From assembly GCA_046537845.1 (NCBI GenBank), contig JBKHKA010000003.1:17871-81870 (forward strand): a stretch of 64,000 nt of DNA. Direction: 5' to 3'. The notes under the pieces were generated by a model, which worked only from the letters and a program-made list of their open reading frames with translations, made no database searches and had not been told where the DNA came from. Made by a program: the position numbers and the translations under genes. The stretch's first letter is position 1. The number at the start of each line of letters is the position of its first letter. Source of the stretch: Candidatus Aenigmatarchaeota archaeon. GTDB taxonomy: Archaea; Thermoplasmatota; Thermoplasmata; Halarchaeoplasmatales; Halarchaeoplasmataceae. Shown one piece after another: positions 55,404-64,000 of this stretch.

Positions 55404-56987
55404 ATGGTCATAGAAGAGTCATCTTTAGAGAAGGGTCTGCCCAAAAAGACCGTTTCACTCTGCCCCGAGTGCAAAGAGAAGATCCCTGCGGAGATCAAGG
55501 AAAAGGACGGCAAAGTGGTGATGGAGAAAGATTGTGACGAGCACGGGCACTTCGAGAGTCTGGTGTGGTCCGACGTGGACCTTTACTTGAAGGCGGAGGT
55601 GTTCGCGTACGACGGCAAAGGAGTGGACAACCCGTACTACGAAGACGCTACGAGCTGTCCGGAGAACTGCGGACTCTGCAACCTCCACAAGAGCCACACC
55701 TGCCTCGCCAACATCGACCTGACCAACAGGTGCAACATGAACTGTCCGATCTGCTTCGCCAATGCGAACAAGCAGGGCTACGTTTACCAGCCGAGCTACG
55801 AAGAAGTGGTGGATATGCTCAAGACGTTGAGAGCTGAAGAGCCGGTTCCGACCCCGGCGGTACAGTTCTCCGGCGGGGAACCCACGGTGTATCCAAACTT
55901 TTTCGAAGTAATAGAGAAAGCTTCGGAACTGGGCTTTTCACAGATCCAGGTCGCCACCAACGGCATCAAATTAGCGAACGACGAGGACTTCGCAAGGAAG
56001 TGTGAAGAGGCTGGCCTCCACACCGTGTATCTCCAGTTCGACGGATTGAAGGAAGAGATTTATATAAAGGCGAGAGGAAGGAAGATGTTGGATGTCAAGA
56101 AAAAGGCCATAGAGAACACACGAAAGACCAAGCCGAATCCTCTCTCTACCGTTTTGGTGCCGACCATCGTCAAGACGGTGAACGACGATCAGGTAGGACC
56201 CATATTGGATTTCGCCATAAAGAACAGGGACGTGGTGAGAGGTGTGAACTACCAGCCCGTTGCTTTCACCGGCCGTATCGAAAAAGAGGAACGGGTGAAG
56301 CAGAGGTACACCCTGCCGGACCTGGCAAAGGGCCTGGAAGAACAAACTGGATATCTCAGCAAGGACGACTTCTATCCCGTTCCTTTTGTGACGCCCATCT
56401 CACAAATGGTCTCAGTGATAAAGGACGAGCCGCAGGTCGCTTTCACCTCACATCCTCACTGCGGATTGGCCTCTTACCTGGTCATCGCAGACAACGGCGA
56501 AGTCAGACCCATAACGGATTTCGTGGACGTCGAGGGCCTGATGGCGGAGATGAAGAAGAAAGCGGACGAGTGGGACACGTTCCTGAAAAAGACCGCCGTC
56601 AAGATCGGTAGGAAATTGAAGACGGAGAAGGGCAAAGATAAGAGCATGGTCAAAAATTTCAAGAAGTATTTCGGAGATTATCTGAAAGAAGAAGAACTGC
56701 CCGGCGGGCTCACCCTTACCGAGATAATGAAGAGCATATTGACGGAAGGAGACAAAGACTCGGTAGGAAAGTTCGCCTGGAGGACCTTGTTCGTCGGAGG
56801 TATGCACTTCCAAGACGACTACAATTACGATATAGAGAGGGTCAAAAGATGCGTGATACACTACGCTACGCCGGACGGCAGGATAATCCCCTTCTGCGCG
56901 TACAACGGCGGTCCCACCTACAGGGAAGAGGTGGAGAAGAAATTCTCGGTGCCGTTGGATGAATGGAGGGATAAAGATGGCCGTTGA
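55404..56987 (+). CDS. tes: Tetraether lipid synthase (Tes / GDGT-MAS) radical SAM enzyme
   Basis: SLCPEC..CDEHG, CPENCGLC..H, DLTNRCNMNCPICFA, HPHCG, MHFQD.YNYD..R..RC, IPFCAYN motifs. Confidence 0.9.
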   Translation: MVIEESSLEKGLPKKTVSLCPECKEKIPAEIKEKDGKVVMEKDCDEHGHFESLVWSDVDLYLKAEVFAYDGKGVDNPYYEDATSCPENCGLCNLHKSHTCLANIDLTNRCNMNCPICFANANKQGYVYQPSYEEVVDMLKTLRAEEPVPTPAVQFSGGEPTVYPNFFEVIEKASELGFSQIQVATNGIKLANDEDFARKCEEAGLHTVYLQFDGLKEEIYIKARGRKMLDVKKKAIENTRKTKPNPLSTVLVPTIVKTVNDDQVGPILDFAIKNRDVVRGVNYQPVAFTGRIEKEERVKQRYTLPDLAKGLEEQTGYLSKDDFYPVPFVTPISQMVSVIKDEPQVAFTSHPHCGLASYLVIADNGEVRPITDFVDVEGLMAEMKKKADEWDTFLKKTAVKIGRKLKTEKGKDKSMVKNFKKYFGDYLKEEELPGGLTLTEIMKSILTEGDKDSVGKFAWRTLFVGGMHFQDDYNYDIERVKRCVIHYATPDGRIIPFCAYNGGPTYREEVEKKFSVPLDEWRDKDGR

Positions 56988-57153
56988 AGTGGATCTCGAG
57001 AAGTGCATGCACTGCGGCGCCTGCGTGGGGACCTGCCCAGTGAACGTGATATTTCTCAACGATCTGATCCCGGAAGTGGGTGAGGGCTGCACGGAGTGCG
57101 GGCTCTGCGTGAAGGTCTGCCCCGTCAGCGCTCTATCGCTCGGAGGTGATTGA
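56977..57153 (+). CDS. 2x[4Fe-4S] ferredoxin
   Basis: CMHCGACVGTCP and CTECGLCVKVCP; ATG 56977 after GGAGG. Confidence 0.93.
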   Translation: MAVEVDLEKCMHCGACVGTCPVNVIFLNDLIPEVGEGCTECGLCVKVCPVSALSLGGD

Positions 57154-58378
57154 TCTGGTCGACCAGCACGATAGAGCAGCGCCCTCGGTACTGGATAGAT
57201 ACGATCTTCTAGTGGTAGGTGCTGGCCCTATAGGGTCCATGACAGCACGTTTTGCGGCCAAAAACGGTCTAGAAAAAATATTGGTCATAGAGAAGCGGCA
57301 GGAGATCGGCTCACCGGTAAGGTGCGCCGAGGGGATCTCGCTGGACTGGTTGGACGAACTCGAGATCGAAGAATCCGACGACTTCATAAAAAGGAAGGTC
57401 AAGGGGGCGAAGCTCTATTCTCCTTCGGGTAACGAGGCCACCATAGGCAAGGAAGTGGCCGGTGACGAAGTCGGTGCTGTCCTCGAGCGGGACGTCTTCG
57501 ACAAGGAGATGGCTGTCTTAGCTGCCGAAGAGGGCGCCGATTTCATGCTGAAAACGCAGGCCGTAGACGTCATAAAGGAAGATGGAAAAGTGGTGGGTGT
57601 GAAAGCCCAAAGGATGGGTGAAGAATTCGAGATATATGCGGACCTCGTCGTAGGTGCGGACGGTTTCGAGTCTCAGGTGGGCAGGTGGGCAGGTATTTAC
57701 GATGCGATAGAACCGAAGAACATCATGACCTGCTTCCAATACCGATTGTCGAACATAGATTTCGATCCCGATTACACGCACTTCTATCTCGGGAGGGTCG
57801 CCCCGGGAGGTTACCTCTGGATATTCCCGAAAGGAGAGGACAAAGCGAACGTCGGCCTCGGTATCCAGCTCACCAGGTTGGACGGGAACAAGACACCGAA
57901 AGATTACCTCGACGAATTCATAGAGGATCATGAATTTTTGAAAAAGGGCAGGGCGGTAGACATGGTGGCCGGTGCCGTCTCTGTCGATCATCCTCTGGAT
58001 TCGGCGATAACCGACGGTTTGTTACTTGTTGGTGACGCTGCCCGCGTCGTTGACCCTATCACCGGAGGCGGCATCTCGAACGGCATGAAGCAGGCGAAGA
58101 TAGCCGGTGAAGTCGCGGCGGAAGCCGTCAAGGAAGGGAAGACGGATGAAGAATTCCTGAGCAAGTACGAGGAAAGATGGAGAGAAAGATTGGAGGACAA
58201 GCTGTGGCGCAATTACATGGCGAAAGAGAAAGCCATGCAGCTGGAAGACGAACATTTCGATAAGATCATAGATGCGCTCTCCGAGTTCGAACTGGAGGAG
58301 TTGAGCACTGAAGCTCTTCTCACGAGTATAAAGAAAAAATATCCCGAGATGGTGGAATCATTCAAGGAGATGCTGTGA
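57146..58378 (+). CDS. ggr: Digeranylgeranylglycerophospholipid reductase (GGR)
   Basis: VVGAGPIG, EIGSPVRCAEG, GADG, PGGYLWIFP (PxxYxWxFP), GDAA..P.TGGGI motifs. Confidence 0.93.
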   Translation: MIDLVDQHDRAAPSVLDRYDLLVVGAGPIGSMTARFAAKNGLEKILVIEKRQEIGSPVRCAEGISLDWLDELEIEESDDFIKRKVKGAKLYSPSGNEATIGKEVAGDEVGAVLERDVFDKEMAVLAAEEGADFMLKTQAVDVIKEDGKVVGVKAQRMGEEFEIYADLVVGADGFESQVGRWAGIYDAIEPKNIMTCFQYRLSNIDFDPDYTHFYLGRVAPGGYLWIFPKGEDKANVGLGIQLTRLDGNKTPKDYLDEFIEDHEFLKKGRAVDMVAGAVSVDHPLDSAITDGLLLVGDAARVVDPITGGGISNGMKQAKIAGEVAAEAVKEGKTDEEFLSKYEERWRERLEDKLWRNYMAKEKAMQLEDEHFDKIIDALSEFELEELSTEALLTSIKKKYPEMVESFKEML

Positions 58379-58387
58379 TCTACTACC

Positions 58388-59671
58388 ATGCGGGCTAAAA
58401 ATCAGATTTTGAAGGACATCGAAGAGGTCCTGAGACAGGAACTCGGCTCCTGGGGAAAAGACCTTTTAGACGGATTTTTGGAAGAACTCGAGCTGGACGG
58501 GGTGAGGAAGGACGATCTTCCGGACCTCGAAGACTTCTGCTACCAGGAGATGTTGAAGAGAGGTCACGATGTGGAGAAGGCAGAAACAGTCGTTGACAGG
58601 CTGAAAAAGCTCCGCCTGTCGGACGAGTTGGAAGAGATCGGGGAGAAAAGGGAGAGCCGCATCCTGTTGAGGAAGAAATTCGAGATATTGAAGGAACTGG
58701 GAGACGTTTGTTTGAATCTGAACGATCTAGAGGGGGCTGAAAAGTGTTACGGCGAGATGTACGAGTTGAGCGAGGGATCGGAAGAGATGGCCCTAGATGC
58801 TCTAGAATCTTTGGCTGATCTCTATCTCGTGGAGGACAGGATCGATGAGGTGGAGAAAGAAGCGAAGGAGATTATCAAGCGGGCTAAAGAGTCGGGCGAT
58901 AAAGAAGGCGAAGCTAGAGGCGTCAGGTTCGCGGGTGTAGCGGCCTGGAGAAAAGGTGACAGGACCGAAGCCTTGAACTACCTGAAGAGCTCTCTCGAAA
59001 CGTTGAAAGAAGCTGGTTCCACGGAAGAAGTGGCGAAAGTCCAGCGCGATCTGGGTGATATCTACATCGATGGAGATGACCACGAACAGGGAATTAATTT
59101 TTACATGGATGCGGCGGAAAATTTCGGAGGGTGCGGACGGAACTACGAAAAAGTCAACCTCCTGATGGAGATCGGGATGGTTCTCTCCGATGGAGACGAG
59201 ATAGATGAAGCGGTAGAGTACTTCGAAAAGGCGAGGTCGGAGAGTGAAGAACATTCATTCGAGAATTACAGGGCCTGGTGTTCGTTCAACCTGGGCGAAT
59301 TATACCTCGAGGTCGGAAGGTCCGAAGAGGCTGAAGAGGCACTGAAAGAGGCTGTAGAACTGTTCGAGACGCAGGGAGATAAACACGGCGAGGGAGGCGC
59401 CAAGATGGCTTACGGACAGATGCTGGCTAAGAAAGGGGAGTCGGAGGACGCGGAAAAGATGTTGAGTGACGCTGTGAGGTGTTTCCGCGAAACTGGATCT
59501 TTTGATTCACAGGCCGTAGCACATTACCAGCTTTACCGAGTGCAAGAACGAGCTGGAAGTTACGACAGAGCGAGGGAAAATCTAGAGGAAGCCCTCAAAC
59601 TCTCCGACAGCCTGGATATGACTGGATTGAAAGAAAAGATCGAGAGGGGATTGGAAGACCTGCCGGACTGA
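58388..59671 (+). CDS. TPR repeat protein
   Basis: Multiple TPR-like helical repeats of about 40 aa (LGxxY...A...). Confidence 0.85.
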   Translation: MRAKNQILKDIEEVLRQELGSWGKDLLDGFLEELELDGVRKDDLPDLEDFCYQEMLKRGHDVEKAETVVDRLKKLRLSDELEEIGEKRESRILLRKKFEILKELGDVCLNLNDLEGAEKCYGEMYELSEGSEEMALDALESLADLYLVEDRIDEVEKEAKEIIKRAKESGDKEGEARGVRFAGVAAWRKGDRTEALNYLKSSLETLKEAGSTEEVAKVQRDLGDIYIDGDDHEQGINFYMDAAENFGGCGRNYEKVNLLMEIGMVLSDGDEIDEAVEYFEKARSESEEHSFENYRAWCSFNLGELYLEVGRSEEAEEALKEAVELFETQGDKHGEGGAKMAYGQMLAKKGESEDAEKMLSDAVRCFRETGSFDSQAVAHYQLYRVQERAGSYDRARENLEEALKLSDSLDMTGLKEKIERGLEDLPD

Positions 59672-59732
59672 AGGGAGACTCTTCAATAAAGTTAAAATAG
59701 TAAAAGAAAAATCCCGTTGTGGTAATGGTACG

Positions 59733-59948
59733 ATGGTAAAGCCAACGGGTTTCCTTAACGAACATTTGGACAAGAAGGTTGAACTGCTCTTGAAGGACGG
59801 CAGTGTACTGAAAGGTAAATTGATCGGTTACGACGACCACATGAATCTGGTTTTAGAGGATACTGAGGAGGAAAAAGAGAACAAACACAGGAGGCTCGGG
59901 ACCATCGTCTTGAGAGGGAACAACGTCGTTACTTTGAACCCTGGATGA
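59733..59948 (+). CDS. Sm-like archaeal protein (SmAP/Lsm)
   Basis: Sm1 motif G.L.GYD.HMNLVL and Sm2 motif VLRGNNV. Confidence 0.95.
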   Translation: MVKPTGFLNEHLDKKVELLLKDGSVLKGKLIGYDDHMNLVLEDTEEEKENKHRRLGTIVLRGNNVVTLNPG

Positions 59949-59981
59949 GGATCGTAAAAAAAGTAAAAAACGAAGATTGTT

Positions 59982-60674
59982 CTAAGAGTCGTCGATATCT
60001 TTTTCTTCCTTGAGCTCCTCTACCTCTTCTTCGGTCGGCTGTTTTTCACTCAACGAGAGATATTCTGGTTCTACTTCCTCGGCCAGATAGACTCCTTTAC
60101 CGGCCCTCATTATCTCGTTTCCGTCCTCGATCATACTCTCCGCATCGACTTCCAGGATCATCGGGTTATCGGTCCGGTAAACTCCAGCCTCCATTGCGGA
60201 CTCGTAGGTGCCGCTCAGGTGAACGTAGGTCCGATCGGAAGGTCTTATACCTCCTTCCAGAAGGAGTTCGCCCTCCTTTTCGGTGGTCGGCGCATAGAGC
60301 GTGTCAGGGATATCGTCAGTGGGAAGGTCCAAGTCCACGTCCACTGAGTGTCCGTATGTGGCTCGGATGTAGCCGTCCTCGTACTGATACCTGTTCTTCT
60401 CATCGGTGGCAGCCAGCGCTTTAACGTGGTACTTCCTCAGCCAGTGGAACCTCTTCTGTCTGTTCCGCAGAACTTTCACGAAGTGTTCAAGGTCTATCCA
60501 GCCTCTGTCGTCCATCTCCAGACTGTATTTGTCGTGAAAATGACGGAGTACCCCCGCTGTCGTCTTACCAAGGTTGACGCTCTCTTCGTCACTCATTATG
60601 AACTTTCCTCTCTCACCACATTCAGGACATTCCTCGTCCCGATAATACCCATGCTCCTCGCATTCCCGTATCAT
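59982..60674 (-). CDS. kptA: RNA 2'-phosphotransferase KptA/Tpt1 with N-terminal Zn ribbon
   Basis: CEEHG..CPECG, LRH, KNRY, IRATYGHS, YVHLS motifs. Confidence 0.92.
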   Translation of the reverse strand: MIRECEEHGYYRDEECPECGERGKFIMSDEESVNLGKTTAGVLRHFHDKYSLEMDDRGWIDLEHFVKVLRNRQKRFHWLRKYHVKALAATDEKNRYQYEDGYIRATYGHSVDVDLDLPTDDIPDTLYAPTTEKEGELLLEGGIRPSDRTYVHLSGTYESAMEAGVYRTDNPMILEVDAESMIEDGNEIMRAGKGVYLAEEVEPEYLSLSEKQPTEEEVEELKEEKDIDDS

Positions 60675-60785
60675 TGTTCTCACGCTCCTCACAAAGACCA
60701 TGTCATAATAAATCTTTTGTTGGTCCGTAGGTCGATATGCTCCAAAGTTTCTTATACATTTTATACAATCAGGTCATGAGAAGAC

Positions 60786-62045
60786 ATGTCATCGAAGAAT
60801 TCACGTATCTCGGGATTTCATAAGAAGAGCCTTGAGGAAAGGGTCGAACTTTTGAAGGAGAATTCGGGGATAGATGAAGATATGATAGAGAAGTTGGTGG
60901 ATGAAGGATTATCCAACGATGACGCGGATATGATGATAGAGAACGTCGTTGGGACCTATGAACTGCCGGTGGGGATGGCCACCAATTTCATGATCAACGG
61001 TGAGGATTATCTGATCCCGATGGTGATCGAAGAGTCGTCAGTCGTTGCGGCCGCTTCCTATGCGGCGAAGCTGGCTAGAGGAACAGGAGGATTCAAAGCC
61101 ACTTCGACCAAGCCGGTGATGATAAGTCAGATCCAAGTCACGGGATTGACCGATCCCTACTCGGCGAAGATCAAGGTGATGGAAAAGAAAGAGGATTTGA
61201 TGGAGCTGGCCGATGAGCAGGATCCAGTCCTGGTGAAGCACGGTGGAGGGGTCGAGGACATCAGGTGCAGAGTGTTGCAGAGCAGGTTCGGACCTTATCT
61301 AGTGGTGCACCTGCTGGTGGACTGCAGGGATGCCATGGGGGCCAACGCCGTCAACACCATGGCGGAAGCCGTGGCGCCGAAGATAGAGGATTTGACCGGA
61401 GGAAAAGTCTACCTGAGGATACTCTCGAATCTGGCAGAGAACAGGCTGGCCAGGGCGAGAGCCGTTTGGAGTAAAAAAGATATAGGCGAGGACGTGGTCG
61501 AAGGGATCTTGAACGCCTATGAATTCGCAAGGGTGGACCCCTACAGATGTGCGACTCACAACAAAGGAGTGATGAACGGCGTGACCGCGGTGGTGACCGC
61601 TACAGGGAACGACACGAGAGCCGTCGAATCTGGAGCCCATTCCTATGCCGCAGCTTCCGGAGGTTACTCTCCTTTGACGACCTGGGAGAAAACGAAGGAC
61701 GGCGATCTTGCCGGGAGTATAGAGATACCGGTGCCGGTTGGTGTGATCGGTGGCGCCACCTCGTCACATCCCGGTGCCCAGGCGAACCTGAAGATATTGG
61801 GTGTAGAAGACGCTCAGGAGTTGGGCGAGGTGATAGCCTCGGTGGGGCTGGCGCAGAACTTTGCCGCACTACGGGCGTTAGCTTCCGAAGGCATACAGAA
61901 AGGACACATGAAACTCCACGCTAAGAACGTAGCGGTACAGGCGGGAGCCAGTGGGGACCAGATCGAGCGTGTAGCTCAAAAGATGATAGAAGAAGAGAAT
62001 ATAAGGGCGGATCGAGCCGAAGAGATCCTTGAAGAGGGTCCGTGA
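60786..62045 (+). CDS. mvaA: Class II hydroxymethylglutaryl-CoA reductase
   Basis: ENVVG, EESSVVAAAS, DAMGAN, ILSNL, THNKG, GNDTRA, GLAQN, GIQKGHM.LH motifs. Confidence 0.95.
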   Translation: MSSKNSRISGFHKKSLEERVELLKENSGIDEDMIEKLVDEGLSNDDADMMIENVVGTYELPVGMATNFMINGEDYLIPMVIEESSVVAAASYAAKLARGTGGFKATSTKPVMISQIQVTGLTDPYSAKIKVMEKKEDLMELADEQDPVLVKHGGGVEDIRCRVLQSRFGPYLVVHLLVDCRDAMGANAVNTMAEAVAPKIEDLTGGKVYLRILSNLAENRLARARAVWSKKDIGEDVVEGILNAYEFARVDPYRCATHNKGVMNGVTAVVTATGNDTRAVESGAHSYAAASGGYSPLTTWEKTKDGDLAGSIEIPVPVGVIGGATSSHPGAQANLKILGVEDAQELGEVIASVGLAQNFAALRALASEGIQKGHMKLHAKNVAVQAGASGDQIERVAQKMIEEENIRADRAEEILEEGP

Positions 62046-62061
62046 GCTTGGGAAGACCCTT

Positions 62062-62301
62062 TCACATCTTTCTTTGAGCTTGTTTGACTTTCTTTTTATA
62101 CTCCTTCTCTTTCTTCCTAGCGCTTTTTATCTTCTTTTGGTATTTTTTGATCTTCTCTTGGTATTTTTTGATCTTTTCCTCGTACCCGGCGATCTTCTTT
62201 TCCTGTTTGGCTATTTTCTTGTCATATTTCGCCTTCTTTTTCATCTGCTTGGCTCTAGATTTACGAGCCTTCCCTTTACCGCCTTTAGATTTTGCAACCA
62301 T
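62062..62301 (-). CDS. Lysine-rich basic heptad-repeat small protein
   Basis: 32 K + 4 R in 79 aa; KYxxKIx heptads; own TTTATAT promoter element about 35 nt upstream. Confidence 0.7.
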   Translation of the reverse strand: MVAKSKGGKGKARKSRAKQMKKKAKYDKKIAKQEKKIAGYEEKIKKYQEKIKKYQKKIKSARKKEKEYKKKVKQAQRKM

Positions 62302-62401
62302 ATCTTATCACGCTTATAGTTAAGGGGATAAGGATATAAAGCTTTTATTGAAATATATAGATTATCTCTATTTAAATAGGCTTTGAAGTGCTAGGTCCTT
62401 T

Positions 62402-63643
62402 TTAAGCAGATCGTTTGAGGGTTCCGTAGAAGCCCGCCAAGCCTGCGAAAGAGATGGCGGAAAGAGTGAGAAGGCCGTAATCGTAAGACCCCGTCAATGC
62501 CAGAACGCCTCCTACAGCCAGCGGACCGCATATACCTATGAAGTTGGCCGTGCCGTTCATCAGGCCGGTGGCGGAACCCAATTCGGTCGCGGAGACGGTG
62601 TTCTGGATCTTGGCGAAAAAGAGAGGCGGCGCCAACTGCCCGAAAAGGAAGACCAGGAAGAGGAGTGACACCGCCGTTTTAAGGCCGGGGATTGGGAAAA
62701 AGGTCAGTGCAGCGATCAGGACACCCGCCATGAAGAGAGAGAACATTATCACTTGGTCAGTTCTGCCGGTGCGGTCGCTCAGCCAAGCGCCGGTGTACAA
62801 GCCGAGTATAGCTCCCGCGTACGGGACGGCGGCCACATAGGCCATCTCGGCTATGGCTACACCGTGCACCTGCGCCAGGTACTTCGGTATCCACAGAGAG
62901 GTGCCCCACCATACCGTCGTCGTTGCGGTGAAGCCCACTATTATCAACGTGACTTCGGGTTTTTTGAGCAGTGATCGGATGGAATTTTTGGATCCGAGCT
63001 CCTTTTCTTCCTGCTCTTCTAGATCTGCAGGAGTATCGTCGATGAAGAGGAGTATGGGTATCGAGAGTATGAAGCCGAAGGCCGCCACCAGATAGAAAGA
63101 TGCTTCCCAGCTCACGGCGTGGATCACGGGGCCCATGATGATCGGAGCGGCGGCGACGCCTATGGGGCCTCCTATCATGAAGATCGAATTGGCCCGGCCT
63201 CTTTTTTCCTCCCTATACCAGCCTCCGATGACCTTGGAGGCTACGGGGAACATGACTCCCTGGGTCAGGCCGAGGAGTAGGCGGGAGAGTAGGAAGAGCC
63301 AGTAGATGTTACCGAAGAACGCCCCCAAGAAAACGGAAAAAGAACAGCCGATCATGGAAACTGTCAGAACGGCTTTGGAGCCGTATCTATCTATGTTCGG
63401 ACTGAGGAAAACGTTGGAGAAGCCGTAGCTTATAAGAAATATCCCCATCAAAAGACCGCCCAGGTAGCCCTGCTCGGCCTCCGACCAAACGAGATCTCCA
63501 CCTATTTCTTCCAGAGCTACCGAAGTGGTGAGCCTCCCTATGAAGGCGATCAACACCGTCAGAAACAAGAGTAAAAGGATCATCCTCCTTGAGTCGGACG
63601 AGAGAGGTATCCCGATCTTCTTCCACTTGGATCTTGAAGTCAT
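62402..63643 (-). CDS. MFS transporter
   Basis: About 12 TMs; DRYGSK and SDRTGR motif A; RLLLG motif. Confidence 0.92.
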   Translation of the reverse strand: MTSRSKWKKIGIPLSSDSRRMILLLLFLTVLIAFIGRLTTSVALEEIGGDLVWSEAEQGYLGGLLMGIFLISYGFSNVFLSPNIDRYGSKAVLTVSMIGCSFSVFLGAFFGNIYWLFLLSRLLLGLTQGVMFPVASKVIGGWYREEKRGRANSIFMIGGPIGVAAAPIIMGPVIHAVSWEASFYLVAAFGFILSIPILLFIDDTPADLEEQEEKELGSKNSIRSLLKKPEVTLIIVGFTATTTVWWGTSLWIPKYLAQVHGVAIAEMAYVAAVPYAGAILGLYTGAWLSDRTGRTDQVIMFSLFMAGVLIAALTFFPIPGLKTAVSLLFLVFLFGQLAPPLFFAKIQNTVSATELGSATGLMNGTANFIGICGPLAVGGVLALTGSYDYGLLTLSAISFAGLAGFYGTLKRSA

Positions 63644-63696
63644 CTTCGTCGGGCGAAGTAATGAGTCGTTTAAATAATTAGTGAACGGATAGCGAC

Positions 63697-63720
63697 GGAA
63701 AAAGGAAAGAAAGGGTTTTT
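63697..63720 (-). terminator. Putative terminator motif downstream of the partial gene at the window end
   Basis: Minus strand aaaaaccctttctttcctttttcc. Confidence 0.35.
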
Positions 63721-63743
63721 GAGGAGACTCTCCTCGGGCCTTT

Positions 63744-64000
63744 CTACATCTCCTTGTTTATCATGCCGTCGTAGCCGTCTATACGGACGACGATCTCGTC
63801 TATGTCCTCTACGCTGTCGACGCTGTCGAAGCCACTTATGTTGAATCTACTTCCGGCTACGACTTCACCGTCGCTGTCGAGTACAGACCATTCTACTCTA
63901 CTACTGTCATCTCCGGGCCAGCTTTCTTCATCACCATCGGTGTCGATCACCGTTATCTGTACGTCTCTCAGTGGTGCACTACTGGGCTGTTCGAGAGATA
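63744..64000 (-). CDS. C-terminal part of an acidic, probably secreted protein; continues beyond the window
   Basis: Frame open to the window edge (SLEQPSSAPLRDVQITVIDTDG...). Confidence 0.55.
   Translation of the reverse strand, partial: SLEQPSSAPLRDVQITVIDTDGDEESWPGDDSSRVEWSVLDSDGEVVAGSRFNISGFDSVDSVEDIDEIVVRIDGYDGMINKEM

Overview
This window is an archaeal chromosome segment. Evidence: archaeosortase A with PGF-CTERM substrates, Hel308, Lsm, KptA, ArfC, tetraether synthase plus GGR, and TATA/BRE-like promoters. The strongly acidic proteome and class II HMG-CoA reductase suggest, by inference, a halophilic Thermoplasmatota lineage. It holds about 55 protein genes, tRNA-Leu(CAA) and tRNA-Ile(GAU), a decayed guaB, and an orphan DNA methyltransferase beside a deleted probable restriction endonuclease. 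An MNT-HEPN pair lies between the tRNA-Leu 3' end and an 11-bp copy of it. The most interesting item is a tusA-dsrE-iscS*-iscU::DUF59 operon. Its IscS has lost the PLP lysine and three other PLP-contact residues but keeps the loop cysteine, which makes it a candidate cysteine-desulfurase-independent Fe-S assembly system. Other notable items: (i) a 323-bp perfectly identical stalk cassette shared by two unrelated surface proteins 26 kb apart; (ii) a 100-bp triple-hairpin element flanked by a 35-bp duplication of the tRNA-Leu promoter and 5' end; (iii) a tes-ferredoxin-ggr operon divergent from an MMPL transporter; (iv) a Lys-rich heptad-repeat mini-protein. All functional calls come from recognising motifs by eye; no database searches were run.
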